The position numbers and the translations under genes are program-made. The notes under the pieces are model-generated. The model did not search any database. It was not told where the DNA came from and saw nothing but the letters and a program-made list of their open reading frames with translations. Shown here piece by piece: positions 1 to 9,842 of a stretch of 47,909 nt of DNA. Positions within the stretch are counted from its first letter, which is position 1. Each line of letters opens with the position of its first letter. The stretch is from an uncultured Chloroflexia bacterium (GTDB lineage: Bacteria; Chloroflexota; Limnocylindria; Limnocylindrales; CSP1-4). The DNA lies in contig CAVVYR010000011.1 in NCBI GenBank assembly GCA_963752475.1, positions 1 to 47,909 of the forward strand, written 5' to 3'.

Positions 1-1
1 C

Positions 2-475
2 CAGACGAAGTGGGCCGAACTGCAGGCCGACGTGTCCGCCGCGGCTGCTCATCTGAGGATGCGCCGACACGTCGAGTCCCTCTTCTCGATCGGCTTCTGC
101 TTCGGCGGGCGCGTGTCATTCCTGCTGGGATCGCTACCGCAGCTGCGGATGGCCGGTGTCATCGGGTTCTACGGCTGGCCCGTGGGCCCGTTCCTCAACG
201 ACACACCGGCACCAGCCGCGCTCGCGAGTCACCTGGAGGCACCGGTGCTCGGCGTCTTCGGTGGGGCCGACCAGAAGATCGCCGCGACCGATGTCGAATC
301 ATTCAGACGGGCGCTCGCAGCGGCGTCGGTCGAGCACGACATCCGCACGTATGAGGACGCACCGCATTCGTTCTTCGACCGTGCCCAGGCCGAGTACGCC
401 GAGGCAGCGACGGATGCATGGGCGGCCGTCCGCGGCTTCATCGCCTCCCACGCGGGACCGCGCATCGGTCCCTGA
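2..475 (+). CDS. Dienelactone hydrolase family protein (5'-partial)
   Basis: GFCFGG nucleophile elbow, GxxD, and YEDAPHSFF catalytic His; frame is open from position 2. Confidence 0.9.
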   Translation, partial: QTKWAELQADVSAAAAHLRMRRHVESLFSIGFCFGGRVSFLLGSLPQLRMAGVIGFYGWPVGPFLNDTPAPAALASHLEAPVLGVFGGADQKIAATDVESFRRALAAASVEHDIRTYEDAPHSFFDRAQAEYAEAATDAWAAVRGFIASHAGPRIGP

Positions 476-579
476 GACCCCGGCTTGGCGCTACCGTCCC
501 CATCGACGCCCCTACGAACCCACGCCCCAGCGAGTGCCTGGCCATGGCGGACGAGCTGGGCCGCCGATAGGATTGGACA

Positions 580-1863
580 GTGAGCCGCACATCGAAACGA
601 CGTCACGAACAACGACGACGACGCCGCCACTCCAGTCGGCGCCGCGAGCGACCCGAAGCGGCGCCCTCGCTCGATGACGTCTGTGCGGCCGCGTTCGCCA
701 CCGCTCGCGGAGTCGCCGATGAGCCTGAGCCTGCGGCTGCCGAAGCGCTCGCCAGTGCCTTGTTCGCACAGTGGATGGGCGCCGAACTGGAGGATGCCGA
801 CCCGGTGTCGGTCTTCGGCTCCGCCATGGTCGACCATCTCGCGCGAGATGCGAGCGCCGACGCGCTGGCCCTGCTCGCCGCACTCTCGGCGGTGGACCCC
901 ATGGTCATCGAGCTCGAGTGCGCCCGCGCCATGCGGCAGCTCGTGGACGCCGGCGTGCGCAAGCCCGTCTGGTACGACCTGATCGGCAAGGCGCAATTCG
1001 AGCGGGCCTGGGTGGCGACGGACGAGTTCGACGACCAGGACTTCCTCGTCGGCCGTTTCAGCTATGGCGGTGGCGCCGCGCACGACCTGTGCGTGCTGGT
1101 CGACCACAACATCCTGCATATCGCCAAGGACGCCGGCCTGGCACCCGCATCGGCCGACATGCGGTCGCAGTGGGAAGCGCTCGACGGGATGCGCATCGTG
1201 GACCTGGACGCACAGGCGTACTCCGATCGGCTCAGCGATTCATTCGCCAGCCTGGAGGACGTGTGGGAGCCACCGGTGACCGACGAGCTGCGCTCGCTGG
1301 TGCCGCTCGTCGGCAGGCGGCTGATGGACCTGCCGCGCCCGCGTCCGATCAGGCGCAAGCCGATGAGCCAGACCGCGCGGGACAAGCTGTACACCAGGTT
1401 CCGGCGCTCCGAGCCGGGCCGTGAGCTGGGGCGCGACACGATCCTGGTACGAGACCTCATCGACTACGGCGCGGACCAGTTCGACGATGCCTTGCACTGG
1501 AGCCCGATCGTGGTGGAACTCTGTCTGACCGATTGGTTCCCGCGCAAGTACACGCTTGACGATGCTGACATCGACCGGCTCCCGGTCGTGCTCAGGGCCT
1601 GGCTGCGCTTCACCGCGGCCGAGCGCAGCCTTGCGGACTCCAGTCTCGCCGAGATGCTCGCGGCGGTCGACGAGTTCGAGCCCGTGTTCGGGGAGGCCAT
1701 GCACGATCCGGCAACGGCCGGCCCGGCCAAGTCCATCGCGACCCTGATGCTATCGGAAGGGGTCGATGTGACGGACCCGGAGGCGGTCCAGAGCTGGATC
1801 GATGCCTTCAATGAGCGACCTGAAGACGAACGGAGACGCCTCACTCAGCGGCCTAATTCGTAG
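580..1863 (+). CDS. Conserved-type hypothetical protein with Arg-rich N-terminus
   Basis: 427-aa ORF with coding-like composition; TAGGAT -10 box lies 6 nt before the GTG. Confidence 0.8.
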   Translation: MSRTSKRRHEQRRRRRHSSRRRERPEAAPSLDDVCAAAFATARGVADEPEPAAAEALASALFAQWMGAELEDADPVSVFGSAMVDHLARDASADALALLAALSAVDPMVIELECARAMRQLVDAGVRKPVWYDLIGKAQFERAWVATDEFDDQDFLVGRFSYGGGAAHDLCVLVDHNILHIAKDAGLAPASADMRSQWEALDGMRIVDLDAQAYSDRLSDSFASLEDVWEPPVTDELRSLVPLVGRRLMDLPRPRPIRRKPMSQTARDKLYTRFRRSEPGRELGRDTILVRDLIDYGADQFDDALHWSPIVVELCLTDWFPRKYTLDDADIDRLPVVLRAWLRFTAAERSLADSSLAEMLAAVDEFEPVFGEAMHDPATAGPAKSIATLMLSEGVDVTDPEAVQSWIDAFNERPEDERRRLTQRPNS

Positions 1864-1894
1864 GCCTGTCGCTGCGGCGCGATCGATCGGATCC

Positions 1895-1910
1895 GTTCGG
1901 GTACCCGAAC
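1895..1910. terminator. Perfect 16-bp palindrome between convergent genes (terminator or binding site)
   Basis: GTTCGGGTACCCGAAC is its own reverse complement. Confidence 0.4.
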
Positions 1911-1963
1911 ACCCGGCTCGCATCTGCTTGTGGGCGCGGGCGGCGGGATAGGGTGGCGCGGGG

Positions 1964-3403
1964 TCAGTCGCCCGCGTAGAGATCGTCAGTATCGAACAAC
2001 AGGATGCCCTCGGCCTCTGCGGTGTCGCGCAGGCGGTCATCGAACCCACGGCGGGAGAAGAGGGCGAGACGCGTGTCGTCACTCGTGCCAGGGATCTTGG
2101 CGACCACGCGGCGAAGCTGCCTGAGTGCGTGGTTGTCCAGATCGTCGCTCCACTTCACCTCGCCCACGAGGCCGACCCGCTTGGCCGATCCTGCGACGAC
2201 GTCGGCCTCGAAGCGCATCGGCTGGCGCTCGCCATCCACCACACGCGTCTCGACCGTCCACCAGGCCCCGACCGCCCCGCTACTCGGAAGCCCGTCCATC
2301 CGGCCGATCCGCTCGCGCACGAACTCGCGGCACGCGCGCTCGAAGGCCGGCTTCGAGACGAACGCATCGAGGCGCGGCTTGACGATGGTCTTCCAGATCT
2401 CATCCACACGACCAGCCTCGAGCTCGACGGCGTTCGGCCGGATGAAGGCATGCCAGAACCCCAGGTAGGCATCGCTGATCGTCCACAGCCCCTTCTTCGA
2501 CTTCTCCGGCTTCACGCCGAACGGGACGTCCCGGCCGACGAGGTGCAGGAGTCCGAGACGCTGGAGGTAGGACGGCAGGCTCGGTTGCTCGAGCCCGGCC
2601 CTCGAGGCGATCTCTCCGCTCGTCGTCGCGCCGCCGGCGATGGCCGCCAGGATCGAGTGGTACGTGGCCGGCTCCGACAGCTCGTCGCGGAGCATCAACT
2701 CGGCCTCGTTGTAGAGCACCTGGTTTCGCCGAAGCATCCGCTCCCGGATGTTCCAGGCGAGCGACCTGTTCGGGTCGAACTGTTCGAGGTAGTAGGGCAT
2801 CCCGCCGAGGATGGCCCACGCTCGCAGGCGATCGGTCGGGTCCCAGTCGGGGAAGAACGCACCGGCGTCGCGATAGCCGAGCGGCGGCAGCAACGAACCG
2901 AACGTGCGGCGCCCGAAGAGCCCGCCGACCTCGACCTGCTTCTCGAAGAACGAGATCGAGCTGCCGCTGACGATGAGATAGAGCGGCAGATCCTCGTGCT
3001 TCACGATCTCGTAGAAGTCGGAGAGCCGGCTGATGACCGTGGCGTCGGTCGCCGCCAGGTGCTGGAACTCGTCGAGGACCAACAGCATCGGCTCGCCGTT
3101 GCGCTTGCGCTCCCGGCCCAGACCCTCGAGGTACGCGAACACCTGGTCCCAGCTCGCGAACGGCATCGTGGCCAGGAGCGGTTCCCGGCGCCACGCGAGC
3201 ATCCGGCGCGTCAGCAGCCTGAGCTGGTCGACCACGGTGCCGGTGACGGCCTGGTAGACGATGGCATCCTTGCCCTCGGCAAAGCGCCGGATCAATGCCG
3301 ACTTGCCGACGCGGCGGCGACCCCAGAGCAGCTGGAACTGCGGTGTCAGCCCCCAGCGCCGTTCCATCTCGGCCAGGTCGGCGTCACGATCGACGAAGGG
3401 CAC
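1964..3403 (-). CDS. Archaeal-type ATPase (ATPase_2/DUF234-like) with wHTH and C-terminal PD-(D/E)xK domain
   Basis: FVDR N-terminus, Walker A GRRRVGKS, Walker B LVLDEFQ, GGMPYYL, C-terminal EADVV...GEVKW. Confidence 0.9.
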   Translation of the reverse strand: MPFVDRDADLAEMERRWGLTPQFQLLWGRRRVGKSALIRRFAEGKDAIVYQAVTGTVVDQLRLLTRRMLAWRREPLLATMPFASWDQVFAYLEGLGRERKRNGEPMLLVLDEFQHLAATDATVISRLSDFYEIVKHEDLPLYLIVSGSSISFFEKQVEVGGLFGRRTFGSLLPPLGYRDAGAFFPDWDPTDRLRAWAILGGMPYYLEQFDPNRSLAWNIRERMLRRNQVLYNEAELMLRDELSEPATYHSILAAIAGGATTSGEIASRAGLEQPSLPSYLQRLGLLHLVGRDVPFGVKPEKSKKGLWTISDAYLGFWHAFIRPNAVELEAGRVDEIWKTIVKPRLDAFVSKPAFERACREFVRERIGRMDGLPSSGAVGAWWTVETRVVDGERQPMRFEADVVAGSAKRVGLVGEVKWSDDLDNHALRQLRRVVAKIPGTSDDTRLALFSRRGFDDRLRDTAEAEGILLFDTDDLYAGD

Positions 3404-3436
3404 AGCGAACTCACTCCACTAAATATTGCGTGAGAT

Positions 3437-3464
3437 ATAATAATCTCCGACATAATCATGTCAA
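3437..3464 (-). promoter_or_regulatory. Near-consensus sigma70 promoter for the ATPase gene
   Basis: Minus strand TTGACA (3464-3459), 16-nt spacer, TATTAT (3442-3437); AT-rich patch; GAGAT-N6-ATCTC inverted repeat around the -10. Confidence 0.7.
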
Positions 3465-3482
3465 CCCGGACCCGAAGTCCCG

Positions 3483-4328
3483 CTACTCCCAGCGAGCCAG
3501 GGCCTGGGCGAGTTCGCGCACATAGACCGCCCGCCACTGCCGAACGGGGAAGGGCAGAGCCAGAAGCTCCACTTCCACCTCGGCCACCTCCATGGCGGCA
3601 CGGACCTCGTCGTCGATGGTGGCTTTGGTGGCCACGATGTGCATCGGTCGGACATCCGCGATGGTTCGAGCCAGCGTGGCGACGCCGCTGCTGACGAGCG
3701 CCTGGCGTTCATCGGCTTCGAGCCGGCTCACCGGTCTGTCGACGAGGTCCACGAGCCAGCAACCGCGATCCTGGAACTCACGCAGGAAGCGGGGGCCGTC
3801 GGACACGGCATCCGGTCCGAACGCCTCCGTGAAAGCCTCGTGGGTCGCACGGAAGAGGTTCGAGTTCGCGCGGTAGAAGTGCGTGTCGCCCGGCGGTGAG
3901 GACTCGCCCACGAACAGCGTTCTCACCGGAGCGGGCTTGAACCGATCTCGCAATCGGTGGGCCCCCGACTCCTCGTCGGAACCATAGGCTGTCGCACCCT
4001 CGCCGACCGCCGTCTTCGGTCGTACCAGCGAGCCGACCCTGTCGAGCACGTCGGTGTCCAGGTCGTAGACGATGCCCTCTTCGTGGATGCGATCGAGCAT
4101 CTCGTAGAGGGAGATTCGGGCGATCTCCGCCGCGCGCCACGCAGTCACACTGCCGGAGCGGTATTCCTCGAGCGCGCGACGCATCCTTCGGTCGGCCAGC
4201 CCGTGTCCGAGCAGCCGACGTGCCATCTCGCTTCGATCGATCGCCTCTGCATCGGCCAGCCGGTCGATCTCATCGACGAGGTCGTCGTCGAGCCTGATGT
4301 TCACTTGATGTCGCTTGTTCATCGTCAA
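3483..4328 (-). CDS. RHH/UPF0175 antitoxin fused to a uracil-DNA-glycosylase-like domain
   Basis: N-term VNIRLDDDLVDEIDRLA...DRSEMARRLL (RHH); YRSGSVTAWRAAEIARISLYEM (UPF0175); C-term TLFVGESSPP...FY...LVDL (UDG-superfamily-like). Confidence 0.75.
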   Translation of the reverse strand: MTMNKRHQVNIRLDDDLVDEIDRLADAEAIDRSEMARRLLGHGLADRRMRRALEEYRSGSVTAWRAAEIARISLYEMLDRIHEEGIVYDLDTDVLDRVGSLVRPKTAVGEGATAYGSDEESGAHRLRDRFKPAPVRTLFVGESSPPGDTHFYRANSNLFRATHEAFTEAFGPDAVSDGPRFLREFQDRGCWLVDLVDRPVSRLEADERQALVSSGVATLARTIADVRPMHIVATKATIDDEVRAAMEVAEVEVELLALPFPVRQWRAVYVRELAQALARWE

Positions 4329-4338
4329 CTCCTGCCGG

Positions 4339-4875
4339 TCAGATGACCCGGCGTGATCCGAGGCGGGCCAGTAGCTGGGCCACGTGGTCGAAGCGCATGT
4401 TCACCAGCCGCGCGAACCGGATGACTCGGTCCTCCCTGGGTTCGTCGTCCGGCGTCCCCGCTACGAGCATCTCGACGACATCGACCAGTTCTGCACCGAG
4501 CGTCCTCGCCACGCGTCGCGCCTGTCGTTCGAAGATGACCGCCGCCATCGACCGTGACACCGCCAGCGACAGTGCCTCGGCCTCGCCGTGGTGAAGCCCC
4601 GGCACCTGCTTGGCGAAGTCCTCCGCGAGTGACCGCTCGTCGGCCTCGAGCTCCCAAACGTGGACGAGCCCGTTCGCGACGGCCTGCTCGATCTCGACCG
4701 AATCGGGATGCCGGTACGCCAGCTGTGGTCGGGTCACCTCCTCCAGGACCGTCGGGGTCACCACGGCCGTGTCGGTCACGACTGACAGCACGTCGAGCGC
4801 GGTGAGCTTCGCCAGGTAGATCAACGGACTCGCGTCGAGCACCAGTCTCGATGTGAGATACCGATTGTCACCCAT
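4339..4875 (-). CDS. PIN-domain toxin, DUF3368-like
   Basis: LVLDASPLIYLAK, TPTVLEEV, LHHGEAEALSLA, ERQARRVA; TATCAT 6 nt before the ATG at 4875. Confidence 0.85.
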   Translation of the reverse strand: MGDNRYLTSRLVLDASPLIYLAKLTALDVLSVVTDTAVVTPTVLEEVTRPQLAYRHPDSVEIEQAVANGLVHVWELEADERSLAEDFAKQVPGLHHGEAEALSLAVSRSMAAVIFERQARRVARTLGAELVDVVEMLVAGTPDDEPREDRVIRFARLVNMRFDHVAQLLARLGSRRVI

Positions 4876-4910
4876 CACTAGATGATATCACACAGCACAC
4901 CCACGTGCGC

Positions 4911-7900
4911 TCAGTCAGTGGTCGCCCGCCACAGCGATGACGGGCCATCTATCTCGCTGGCCAGGATCACCGCGAAGTCGTCACCGACCGCCATGGGGCC
5001 GACCCAACCGGGCGCTCCCAGGAGGTCGATCAGCGACTGTTCACTCCACGCCTGTCCGTCCTCCGAGTAGGCGACGAGCGTGTCCGGACCACGGCCGGCT
5101 GGCCCTTGGGCAAGCTCGAACGCGTCCTGCATCTCACGGTAGGTGATGGTCATCAGCGCGTCTCCGCTATCCGGGTCTGACACCGTGAAGACACCGCGCT
5201 CGTGGTCGGCCGTGATGACCGATGGCAGGGCCAGGCTCTCCGGCCCGTCGCCCGCGCCGAAGACCCCGGCGGTGAGCAACGTCTCGCCATCGGCCCCGGT
5301 CAGCACCAGTCCGTCCTGTCCCTGCTCGATCGAAAGGGTCAGGCCGTCCTGCTCGACGACGGTCGTCCACTGAGAGCGATCCCACCACTCGGAGGGGTGC
5401 TCACCCGTTGCGACCAGCCCGAACCCTCCCGTCCGGACATCCCAGGTATCGGCCGGTAGGGCGGCCCGTGCCGTCCACGTGTCGCCGTCGTCATCCGATC
5501 CCCAGACGACGATCTTCCCGTCCTGCCAGCCGGCCATCAGCAGCCGTTCGCCGTCGGCCCCGAACCAGTGAACCATCTTGGCACCGGCCGGCAGTTCGGT
5601 CTCCTCCCAGGCGAGCCCGTCGGCCGAGGTGTACAGGGTGCTGTCGCCCCACCCCGAAGTCGCCGCCAGGTACCCGTCCCCGGTGGCGATGATGGTCATC
5701 GGCGGCTCGCCGCCGCCAGCCCACTCGTCGACCTGCTGCCAACTGGTGTAGTCGTCGGTCACGAAGAAGAGCGAGTCCTCCATTCCCCCGCTGACTGCTC
5801 GCCCATACGCGGCGAACAGGTCCTGGTCGACGTCGAGGTCCGACACGGACGCTGAGAGCACCTCGAAGGGCCCGACCGACACACCGATCCGCGACGGGTC
5901 GATCATCACGCCCATGCCGGTCGCGTAGTCACGCAAGCCAGCCGGCAGCGCGGCTGCCACGCTCGGCTCGAGCAGGCTGAAGTCGAGGCCCGTCCTGGGC
6001 GTAGCGGCGACCACTGCCCCTTCCGGACCGGTGGCCATCGCTCGGATCCCCAGCTCGGACAACTCGAAGGGTTGCTCCGGCTCGGGCATCGTGCGCCCGA
6101 GGGACGACATCGTCCACTTCTGCCCGTCGGCCGACGTCCAGGCCACCGCCTCTTGGCCGTCACCGGAGGGCGCGGATCCGACCGCCAGCAACCCGGGACC
6201 GCCTTCGGCCACTCCGCTCACGACCGCCCCTTCACCGAACAGGCCATCGGTGTCGAGCCGTGTCCAGGTGGCGCCGTCGGCCGAGTGCCACAGCGTGCTC
6301 GGCCGTCCGTCGTCCTCCCCGATCGCCCACAGCCCGAGGTCTGTAGCCAGCATCGTGGCGAGCCGGTGATCCTCCAGATCGAGCACCCGTTCCCATGCCA
6401 GGGCCGGACCATCCATGACGGCTTCGGGCAGTGCTGCCGACTCGTTCCCGGTGGGCGCCGCCGTCGTGGGCATCGCTGTGCCGGACACGGGGAGGCCCAC
6501 CCAGATCGACTGGTCGCGGGACGGATCGGGATAGCCACGACCCACGGCCGCCACCACCCGGTCGGTGCCGACGACGGAGGCCCCCAACATCCTGTCCGGA
6601 CCGAACGCCTCGTCCAGCGTGGACACCGTCCAGCGCTCGGCGTCAGGTGAGAACAGCAGCAACTCGCCGCCGTAGTCGACCATCGAGGCTCCGAATTGGT
6701 CCAGATCGGCGAACGTCAGCGTGACGAGCGTCTCGCCGGTCGATTGGTCCGACACCGAGGCGGTCTCGTCGTCGAAGTCGAAGGCCAGATCGTCGGGGGC
6801 GGTGTATTCCCACCCCCACATCGGGTCGTCCATCTGCAGGGCGCTCGAGAACACCTCGGCGCCGTTCGGGTCGGCCACGGCGAAGTCCTGATGGGCTCCG
6901 TCGAACGTCACGGTGTATCCGTCCCGCTCGACGACGCCCGGTTCCGGGGTGGCCCCCCAGCCGACCTCGCCCTCGGTGCCGGTGGCCAGGATGCCGGCCG
7001 GCCCGGCAGCGGCGATCCACGAGCCGCTCACGTCGGGTCCCCCTACGTCTTCCCAGGTGCGCCCGGCATCGTCGGAGACGAGCGTCACCCGCTGTGGTCC
7101 CTGCCACCCCTCGGTGAGGAGCCGATCGCCCATCGTGAACAGCCCACTCATCCCGTCCATATTCCAGCCGGTCGACTCCCATGTCTGCCCGTCGGCTGAC
7201 ACGAGGACATCGGACGTCCCGGACCGATCGAACGCGGCGGCCACGTATCCGCCGTCGGTCGGCACGATGGCCATGACGTACTCGGCGTCCAGCGGGCTGC
7301 CGTTGGTCGCGCTCCACGCCTCGAGGTCGTCGGTGTGGAAGGTCATCCGCCGCTCGGGGCCGGCGGCGGACGGCGAGTTGGTGAGCCGCTGCGCCTCAGC
7401 TATCTCGCCCAGGCCCAGCGACTCGAGAGACTCGCTGTAGACGACGAACGGCCCGACGGTGACCTGTGCCGACGAGTGGGTGACCCCGACCCGGTCCGGA
7501 TCGACCGCGGCCAACTCGGCGGGGAGAAGCGACGCTGCAGCCGACTGAGCGGCCGTCCAGTCGAAGCCGGGGAACGCGATGGCGCTCGCCACTGCCCCGC
7601 TGGATCCCAGGGCGGCCGCAGAGAAGTCCAGCATGTTGGTGGTGAAGGGCTGGCTTGCGGGCTCGACCACATATCCGAGGTCCCTCGCATCCCAGGCGGC
7701 CCCGTCCAGGGCTGACCAGGCGGTGGCCGAGTAGCCCTCCGGGCTAGGTCGGAAACCGAACGCCAGCAGTCCATGCTCAGAGCCGGCCAACCGACGCACG
7801 GACGCGCCGTCGGAGAGAAGCCCAGCGACGTCGAGTTCGACCCAGTCCGTCCCTTGCTCTGACATCAGGAGCATCGAGGGCGAGTAGTAGCCGGCGGCGT

Positions 7901-8729
7901 GATCGTTGGCCAGGGCGTAGAAGCGGTCGTGGGCCTCCACGATCGACTCGACCACGAACGGTGCGGGCACGTCGAACGCCTTCGACCAGGCCAGTCCCAG
8001 GGTCCCGGTCTCGGCCGCCGGTGGAGCGATGGTCGTGACCGCCGCAGCGTCGACCGGCTCGCCCTCGGCGTCGGGCTCGATGACGTAGATGCCACCGGCC
8101 TCGCCCGGATCATGGCCTTCGGCGACCCAGGCCCGGCCGTCTGGTGTGACGGCCAGGCTGTTGAGGAAGCGGTTCGCCAGGAAGCGCTCGGCGGTCTCGC
8201 CGTCGGAGCGGATGACGCCGCTGCCGTCGTAGCCCCGATCCAGCGACCAGGTCCTGCCGTCGGGTGCGAGCTGGGTCGCCGATCCGCCCCACGCGCCGGT
8301 TTCTTCCGACGGTCGTGGTGCGCCCTCATCGGGATCGAGCACGCCGTCCTCGCCGAGGATCCAGAGCTGGGCGTCACCGCCGAGCTCGTTGTCGATGCCG
8401 TGGGTCGTCGACCACACGAGCACCCGGCCTTGCTCATCGACCGCCAGCTCGTCCATGTCGCGGGCCTCGCGGATGTAGGTCGCCGACGGGAAGTGGCCGG
8501 CGCCGTCAGTCACCAATCGCCGGATTCCGGGCTCGACATCCTCGAAGATGAACCCGTCTGCATCGGGGACGAGCGAGGGGTCGATGCTTGGCGGCGGCGC
8601 ATACTCGACCGCGGCCGCTGGAGTCGCCTCCTCGACCGCTGCATCGGATTGCGCAAGCGCGAGTCCGCCCGACCAGGCGCACAACGTGAGGGCCACCGTC
8701 CCCGCCAGGAGCTGCCTGAACCTGCCCAT
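4911..8729 (-). CDS. Large secreted protein with duplicated Asp-box/BNR beta-propeller-like modules
   Basis: Signal peptide ending ALA-Q; repeated SxDGxTW motifs; two homologous ~500-aa halves; AAGGGG SD-like sequence. Confidence 0.8.
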   Translation of the reverse strand: MGRFRQLLAGTVALTLCAWSGGLALAQSDAAVEEATPAAAVEYAPPPSIDPSLVPDADGFIFEDVEPGIRRLVTDGAGHFPSATYIREARDMDELAVDEQGRVLVWSTTHGIDNELGGDAQLWILGEDGVLDPDEGAPRPSEETGAWGGSATQLAPDGRTWSLDRGYDGSGVIRSDGETAERFLANRFLNSLAVTPDGRAWVAEGHDPGEAGGIYVIEPDAEGEPVDAAAVTTIAPPAAETGTLGLAWSKAFDVPAPFVVESIVEAHDRFYALANDHAAGYYSPSMLLMSEQGTDWVELDVAGLLSDGASVRRLAGSEHGLLAFGFRPSPEGYSATAWSALDGAAWDARDLGYVVEPASQPFTTNMLDFSAAALGSSGAVASAIAFPGFDWTAAQSAAASLLPAELAAVDPDRVGVTHSSAQVTVGPFVVYSESLESLGLGEIAEAQRLTNSPSAAGPERRMTFHTDDLEAWSATNGSPLDAEYVMAIVPTDGGYVAAAFDRSGTSDVLVSADGQTWESTGWNMDGMSGLFTMGDRLLTEGWQGPQRVTLVSDDAGRTWEDVGGPDVSGSWIAAAGPAGILATGTEGEVGWGATPEPGVVERDGYTVTFDGAHQDFAVADPNGAEVFSSALQMDDPMWGWEYTAPDDLAFDFDDETASVSDQSTGETLVTLTFADLDQFGASMVDYGGELLLFSPDAERWTVSTLDEAFGPDRMLGASVVGTDRVVAAVGRGYPDPSRDQSIWVGLPVSGTAMPTTAAPTGNESAALPEAVMDGPALAWERVLDLEDHRLATMLATDLGLWAIGEDDGRPSTLWHSADGATWTRLDTDGLFGEGAVVSGVAEGGPGLLAVGSAPSGDGQEAVAWTSADGQKWTMSSLGRTMPEPEQPFELSELGIRAMATGPEGAVVAATPRTGLDFSLLEPSVAAALPAGLRDYATGMGVMIDPSRIGVSVGPFEVLSASVSDLDVDQDLFAAYGRAVSGGMEDSLFFVTDDYTSWQQVDEWAGGGEPPMTIIATGDGYLAATSGWGDSTLYTSADGLAWEETELPAGAKMVHWFGADGERLLMAGWQDGKIVVWGSDDDGDTWTARAALPADTWDVRTGGFGLVATGEHPSEWWDRSQWTTVVEQDGLTLSIEQGQDGLVLTGADGETLLTAGVFGAGDGPESLALPSVITADHERGVFTVSDPDSGDALMTITYREMQDAFELAQGPAGRGPDTLVAYSEDGQAWSEQSLIDLLGAPGWVGPMAVGDDFAVILASEIDGPSSLWRATTD

Positions 8730-8981
8730 GAGATCCCCCTTCCGGAGCGGGCCGGGTTCGCCAGTGGCTCAGCGCGGTCCAGGCGGCCACGGTTTGCGGG
8801 CCGTGCCTCGGAGCCTCCCGCTACCTGCGATTCTCCCGCGCGTGTCCAACGAACCGTCGCACTCGGATGTCAGTGGTGAGGGTCGGTCGACAAGACGCTG
8901 GTGCGAGAACCAGGGAGAGGCGGTCGTGCAGCGCACGTCAGGGGCCGCTTCCAAGCGGTTCCTGCCGACCTGGTGTGTCGA

Positions 8982-9419
8982 TCACGCCCGCCCGGCCATC
9001 TCCACGATCTCGCTGGGCCGGCGGCCGAGACCGGCCTTGAGCAAGGCCTTGTCCAGCGTCGCGAGCTCGGCGGCCCTCGAGCGGGCGACCGCGGCGTACG
9101 TCGCGTCGTAGAGCGTCAGGCGATGCGTCTCTGCGAGCCGCGCGGCCTCGTGGATGTCGTCGATCGTCGGGTGGATGACGGGACAGATCCCAGCGAGTTC
9201 ATCCAGTACACGTGACAACCGTTTCGCTGAGACCTTCGCCCGGCCATAGAGGAAGGCGTTGCCGATCTCGTATCGTGTCAGATCGAGGACCCACAGGGCC
9301 GCCGTTCCCATCGCGGCGGCGCGAACCAGGGTCCGCGAAGCCTCGACCTCGACCGGGTCCTCGCCTTCAGCGTGGAACCACTGGTAGGCAACGCTGGCGT
9401 CGCTACAGACGCCGATCAC
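8982..9419 (-). CDS. vapC: VapC PIN toxin
   Basis: DASVAYQWF, YEIGNA, LTLYDATYAAVA, LATLD. Confidence 0.88.
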   Translation of the reverse strand: MIGVCSDASVAYQWFHAEGEDPVEVEASRTLVRAAAMGTAALWVLDLTRYEIGNAFLYGRAKVSAKRLSRVLDELAGICPVIHPTIDDIHEAARLAETHRLTLYDATYAAVARSRAAELATLDKALLKAGLGRRPSEIVEMAGRA

Positions 9420-9657
9420 GTTCTGTGCGCTCTCGTCGGGTCCGCGCGATCTCCTCGGCCGCGTCGGCAGGACCCGCGCCCGCCAGCGCGGCCTGACCTC
9501 GAGCTAGCGCAGCCATGACCCGGGCCGGGTTGCGCCATCGGAGTTGGTACTGCGCCGCCTCGCGCAGGAATGCACTTCGGCTCAAGCCACGCGCATCCGC
9601 CTCCTGATCGATGTCAGCGAGCAGGTCAGCGGGAAGCGAGATCAGCACTTTCTCCAT
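9403..9657 (-). CDS. vapB: RHH (CopG-type) antitoxin
   Basis: MEKVLISLPADLLADID...GLSRSAFLREA; TATACT-N6-ATG; overlaps vapC. Confidence 0.85.
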   Translation of the reverse strand: MEKVLISLPADLLADIDQEADARGLSRSAFLREAAQYQLRWRNPARVMAALARGQAALAGAGPADAAEEIARTRRERTERDRRL

Positions 9658-9842
9658 GCCCGGAGTATATCTAGGGGATATCCCGCGAACAACCATGCCG
9701 ACACGGTAGCGAGCCGTGCTTCGCTCGCTCTTGTCCGGCGCTTCACGTGACCTTCTGGCCTGACGTTCACAACGTGCTTCGTCGCTCTGCCCATACGGCC
9801 ATGGCGATACCCTTGGTCGGCCGATCAGCGAGGGAGAGGACT

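Noticed and set aside
2129-3433. 434-aa plus-strand ORF
   Set aside because: Shadow of the motif-bearing ATPase on the minus strand
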